Shown one piece after another: positions 58,293 through 64,000 of a stretch of DNA of 64,000 bases. Numbering within the stretch: position 1 is the stretch's first letter; every line of letters begins with the position of its first letter. The translations under genes were made by a program, and so were the position numbers. The notes beneath the pieces were generated by a model. That model did no database searches, had not been told where the DNA came from, and was given only the letters and a program-made list of their open reading frames with translations. This DNA is from the human T2T-CHM13v2.0 reference genome, Homo sapiens, in assembly GCF_009914755.1 (NCBI RefSeq), contig NC_060932.1. One strand, written 5' to 3'.

Positions 58293-59105
58293 CTATCCCG
58301 TGGGAAGTAAGAAAGGGCTCCATTTATCTCTGCAAATCCTCTGTCTCCCAGAGCAGGCCCATCTGGGAAAGGACTGTGCCCTGAATCTAAACTTTGGGAC
58401 ATGGATATTGATAGTTCCTTGAGGGATAGAAGTGGGCGTGAAGAACAAACTTTGGGGCATGGATATTGATGGTTCCTTGAGGGATATAAGTGGGCGTGAA
58501 GAACAAACTTTGGGACATGGATATTGATAGTTCCTTGAGGGATACAAGTGGGCGTGAAGAACAAACTTTGGGGCATGGATATTGATAGTTCCTTGAGGGA
58601 TAGAAGTGGGCGTGAAGAACAAACTTTGGGGCATGGATATTGATGGTTCCTTGAGGGATATAAGTGGGCGTGAAGAACAAACTTTGGGACATGGATATTG
58701 ATAGTTCCTTGAGGGATACAAGTGGGCGTGAAGAACAAACTTTGGGGCATGGATATTGACAGTTCCTTGAGGGATACAAGTGGGTGTGAAGAACAGACGA
58801 TGAAACTGTTCACCAGCCCAGATGCATGGACCCAACTCTAGGTCTGCTGCACAGACCCAGAACCACCCCAGATTTTGCTCAGGATGACTCACCATATGGG
58901 AATAAGAAGAGCAGGAAATTTTACTTCATGGCTTGAGTGAAATAAAAGAGGAAGCAGCCACCCTTATTCATGCTTTTAAGACATAGTTATCTTGTTCACC
59001 GTTAAAATGTATCTCAATGAATGACTTGCTCAGGTGGATTGGATTAACCACTTGGTAAGGTGCAAGCAAGGTGACACTGTTTTAGGAGGTTTCTCATTGG
59101 ATCTC
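58293..59105 (-). pseudogene. Decayed coding segment containing the VNTR
   Basis: VVNPIHLSKSFIEIHFNGEQDNYVLKA*..HPEQNLGWFWVCAADLELGPCIWAGEQFHRLFFTP; in frame with track ORF 58293-58895. Confidence 0.5.
58389..58795. repeat. VNTR, 7 copies of a 58-bp unit with 3-unit higher-order structure
   Basis: Unit ACTTTGGGRCATGGATATTGATRGTTCCTTGAGGGATABAAGTGGGCGTGAAGAACAA starting at 58391, 58449, 58507, 58565, 58623, 58681 and 58739. Confidence 0.98.
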
Positions 59106-59119
59106 TCACATTAAGATCT

Positions 59120-59350
59120 ATGTGCCAGCTTTTAGGTGTAGATTTTTGGATTAGTAGGAGTCAAGTTTTATTTTTCCCCATTCAGATATGTGCTTGACTC
59201 AGCACCATTTATTGAAAATGAAAAAAGAAAGTATCATTTCCCTACTGCTTTCTAGTCTCTTGTTTATTATAGATTGAGTGTACATATTGGGTCGTTCTGT
59301 TTCAGAACTTTATTCAGTTCCTACATCACACTGTTGAAATTACTTTATAT
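59120..59350 (-). mobile_element. Old L1M fragment
   Basis: cagcaccatttattgaaaa...ctttattcagttcc. Confidence 0.55.
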
Positions 59351-59394
59351 ATCATGCATTTTTCTTCACTATCTTTACAATAACTGAGTCGTAG

Positions 59395-59462
59395 TCATCA
59401 CCACAATCACCACCACCACCACCATCACCACCGCCACCATCATCATCATCATTATCATTATC
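59395..59462. repeat. (CAC/CAT)n trinucleotide repeat
   Basis: Direct reading. Confidence 0.85.
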
Positions 59463-59464
59463 CT

Positions 59465-59707
59465 CTTGAGAGCTAATAGTTACTGAGTGCTTACTATATG
59501 CCAGTAGTTATACGTGCACTTAGTCTTCACATCAACCTTCTGAGATTGATATTATTATAAACTTCATTTTGAAGAAGAGAAAACTGAGGCTCAATGGTGG
59601 TAGGTAGCATTCCCAAGATCATGTAGCTAGCAAGTGGCTACACAAGGTTCTGGCCCAGGTTTGTGAGAGCTCAGTCCACCAGGGCTTTTTACTCTATCCT
59701 AGTGTCT
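59465..59707 (-). mobile_element. MIR, near full length
   Basis: tactgagtgcttactatatgccag...aaactgaggctca...cccaagatcatgtagctagcaagtggc. Confidence 0.85.
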
Positions 59708-60569
59708 CACTCAGCTATAATCCTCCCATCAAATATGTGCCCCATCTTTGATAGAGAGAAGGAGATTTCCAGGCCATGAGATAGATAGATGCTGGCTTGG
59801 GTTTGCTCTATTTGGTAAACAACTGGGTGAGTAAATTTCATCTCAATGGGGTTATTAACTCTGGTGAAATGTCTAAACATCTGAGGTTGGCTATTTTGGG
59901 CATCACTGAAGTTTATGCTGGGGAGGAAATTCACAATCCAGTCAATGCCAACCACAGATTGGGCTGTCTGAAGCCTTACTTGAAGGAAGTTCCTCTTGGA
60001 CGCTCCCCCTTTCTCCTGCCACACCACCGGCTCCTCTCTTGTTGGCATAGGGGTCCCTGGCAGGTAAGACCCAGCATTGAAGGCAGAGGTTGTGTTTCCA
60101 TAGGGCCAGGGAGTGGCCTTGCCCTTGTCCCACTGGCACCCCTCATAGCTGATCTATCTAGGTGCTTGGAGATGCCGTGTGCTCTGTGTAAAAGTGCCAG
60201 CCAGGGACAGAACAGTTCCGGGACAGAACAGTTCCAACCCAGAACAGCAGGCTCTGGAAGACTTAGACTCTGAGTTTTGGGGGCTGCAGATGCAGGGGAT
60301 AGTGCAACCCAGGAGAACACAGTAATTGGAAGGACACTGGCGGGCAAGGAGGACTTTGCCTTCTCTGACCCTGGGATTCTGCTGATGGCTACTACAAACC
60401 TGCTGATATTTCTGCTGAGTGCCCATTCTTGTCTGAAGTCAGCAGTCCAGGGGGTGCTAACTGCATTCAGGTAACACTTCAGATGGCAATTTAATGCCCA
60501 GCCAGTGCTGATGAGGCACTATTAATTTGGGGACACTTCAACACCACTTCACTGTGCCAGCTTAGCAAC
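59708..60569 (-). pseudogene. Decayed coding segment, probable 5'-most piece of the fossil ORF
   Basis: Track ORFs 60154-60426 and 59707-60048 share a frame; only 3 internal stops between ~60535 and 59710; polypyrimidine+CAG acceptor-like site at ~60570. Confidence 0.55.
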
Positions 60570-60754
60570 CTGGTTAATTAATTAAAAGAAAGGAGTAAAG
60601 GATTTATTTAAAGAGACATTGAAATAAAACCGGAAGAGTCACTGCAAATATTTTGATGAAAAAAGGGAGTTTGTGATTCTATATATGTCAATGAAAGTAA
60701 AGCTATACTCTTGTTGATGCACATATATGGAATTTCATGCTTTTTATTATAAAT

Positions 60755-61005
60755 CAGTATAGTATAAAAGAAACATATTCAGTGGGAAGCACATGGGTTT
60801 GAAATAAGATAGATCTGAGTTTAATCCAGGCTCTTCTTACTAAAACAATGAAACATCACTTATTTAATCTCAATGAAACCCAACTGTCTCACCTGTAAAA
60901 TGGGGATAATATTCCCAACATTGCAGGGTCATTTTGGAGATTGGAGGTGGCTGTATATGATGTGCTCAGCATCGTGTTCGACCACAATAGGCTCCTTAAA
61001 CATGC
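60755..61005 (+). mobile_element. MIR
   Basis: ctcacctgtaaaatggggataataattccc...gtgctcagcatcgtg. Confidence 0.8.
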
Positions 61006-61899
61006 TTTATACATGAGAGTCCAACATAAGAACTTTACAGACATTGCAAATCATTCTTGAAGTAGGTTCTGTGCAACAATAGTTCTTTGGTCATAAAACC
61101 TCCTCATTATATTCCTGTATGTAGAATTGGCCAAATTGGTGTGGAGGGGGTTCCTGGGTTTAGCTGAAGGGATGCCACCCAGTGCAGGCTCACTTGTGTG
61201 TTCTACACTCAGTACAGGGGCAGCAAAGCTGTTTCACACAGGAAGTCAGGCCTTTGATTCCAGAATGCTCAGCCTTTGCAGGTTTTTGAGTAGGGCAGTG
61301 ACATGAAAGACAGAAACTTTGAGGTAAGTGTGCAAAATCACTCATATTGCCTACTAGGGGGCCAGGCTTGGAAACACTCATGGTTAATACATGCCCTGCT
61401 CTCAGAAGAGATGGAGAGAGAAAGAATCAGAATAATTCAGAGGTTGTTTCCTCAAGTAAATGTTACAGAAGTAAAGACCTAGACAAAAAAGTCTTAATGA
61501 AAAAGAGGATATGAAATATTATCAAAAGTTTTGGTGTTAACATATGTGGGAGTGTCATAAGTAACACCCCTGTTTTTACTGCCTGAGTTCAGAGTCAATG
61601 AGAAAGAAGCAAGGGGGGTGATATTAATGGATGCTCATCCACATGGAAAGGGACATCAGGAGTAGGCAACACATGTTCCCTCCAACAAGAAGCTTGATAG
61701 TAACTTGAAAATAAAATGTTGCATCTTAATTGATATTCAACATGATACATTGTGGAAGGCATGCAATTGGCTTCAAGGATCACTACACTGTCTTGTGATC
61801 AAGTAAAAATATCTGTCTTTCAAAGGCCAAAATGGAACTTTATTTCCCAAAATTATCACTATTTTTGATTAATTTTAGGATGCATTGCTCAGTTTATTT

Positions 61900-62370
61900 T
61901 TGTAGCTAACTCTTCTGGTTGTCTATGCAGTATACATTCTCTCCTTCTTCCTCTCTAATAGAGCCCAGCTTTTCTTGGGTGCAAAACAGTACACAGTTAA
62001 AAATACTGTAGCTCCAGCCTCCCTCACAGCAAGTGGCAGCCAGTGAGACAGGGGGAGCCACAATGTAGGTCCTTGTGTGTGATAAGTGTACCCCCTCTTA
62101 CTTTCACCCTTTTCTGGGGTTTCTTGCTCTTCTACTTCTTGTCTAGAAGGTTGATGCTTTGCTTGAAGGTGCAGCAGCCAATTTGTACCATGAAGATGAA
62201 AGGTGGATGCTAAGGATAGTGGGATAAGAAGATTGACAGAGCCAGTGTTTCTGAATTAGTAGTCTGGCCCTGGATTGCTCAACCCTAGACTACCTAGACA
62301 TCTTATGTATTAGATCATCGTGTGTTGGGTTTTCTATCACTTGCAGCCAAATGCATTCCCAATTGCTGTA
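61900..62370 (+). mobile_element. MLT1J/K-like LTR
   Basis: ccagcctccctcacagcaagtggcagcca...gaaggtgcagcagcca...cacttgcagccaaatgcattcc. Confidence 0.6.
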
Positions 62371-62454
62371 ATTTTGAAATTTAACATTACACTAAAGGAA
62401 GGCATGGACTTTTGCTGTCTAACTTATAGGACATGATTAAGAAAAGGTAATAAG

Positions 62455-63161
<707 letters not shown>

Positions 63162-63694
63162 TTAGAACACAAAGTCTGAAAAGTGATCTGACTAGGAAAA
63201 CAGAATCTTTGAAACTTCCTGGAATCCTGAAGGAGTAAAGCCTATGAGCAGATGCAAGTCTTTGAGTGAAGCAGCGTGGGATAAGACAGAACCAAAAAGA
63301 CAATGATTCTATCTCAGCTCTGCCACTTACTGCAGTGTACTGGAGTAAATTGATTAATTGCCTCAAGACTCGGTTTCCTTCTCTGTAAAATGAGGCCATA
63401 AACTCTACCTGGCAGGGGAAAAAAATCCACATCCTAGTCCATGCAAAGTCAACCCCTGGAGCTGGGCACACCATACCTGTACAACCAGACGTGGTAGGAA
63501 TGATCCTTTGCTATGGGTATTCAAGCATGGGTATTATGATCCTTTGCTATGTCTTTATTTTACCCTTACAACACCAGTGTGAAAAGATACGGTTATCCTT
63601 TTTCTATAAACAATGGAACCAAGGTTCAGAGAAGTTAGTAACAGGCCTGACGTCACCCTGCTTGAACTTGGCAGTGTAAAAGTCTCTCCCATCA

Positions 63695-64000
<306 letters not shown>

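Noticed and set aside
58389-58795. CRISPR-like regular repeat array
   Set aside because: Units are head-to-tail with no unique spacers, there are no cas genes and the DNA is primate; it is a VNTR.
63406-63419. TACCTGGCAGGGGA matches the U1 snRNA 5' region
   Set aside because: It lies at the expected tacct..aggg position of a MIR core and the similarity does not extend further.

Overview
Primate (human-like) genomic DNA: it carries about 18 Alu elements (monomer, J, S and Y types), many MIR, L2 and old L1M fragments, MaLR/ERVL/ERV1 LTRs, a two-LTR THE1 element, Tigger2a/MER81/MER5 DNA-transposon relics, microsatellites and a 7x58-bp VNTR. I find no intact protein-coding gene, RNA gene or CRISPR array. 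The main observation concerns the non-repeat islands between ~30.9 kb and ~60.6 kb. Read by hand on the minus strand, they look like pieces of one very large decayed coding region cut up by transposon insertions. It includes a recognisable but catalytically destroyed dCMP-deaminase (DCTD/CDADC1-like) domain, reading frames that rejoin in frame across an ERVL and an L2 insertion, and a diverged ~260-bp internal duplication. I could not name this fossil gene. All repeat-family names and protein comparisons come from memory and manual reading, not from database searches. Boundaries of old elements are approximate.
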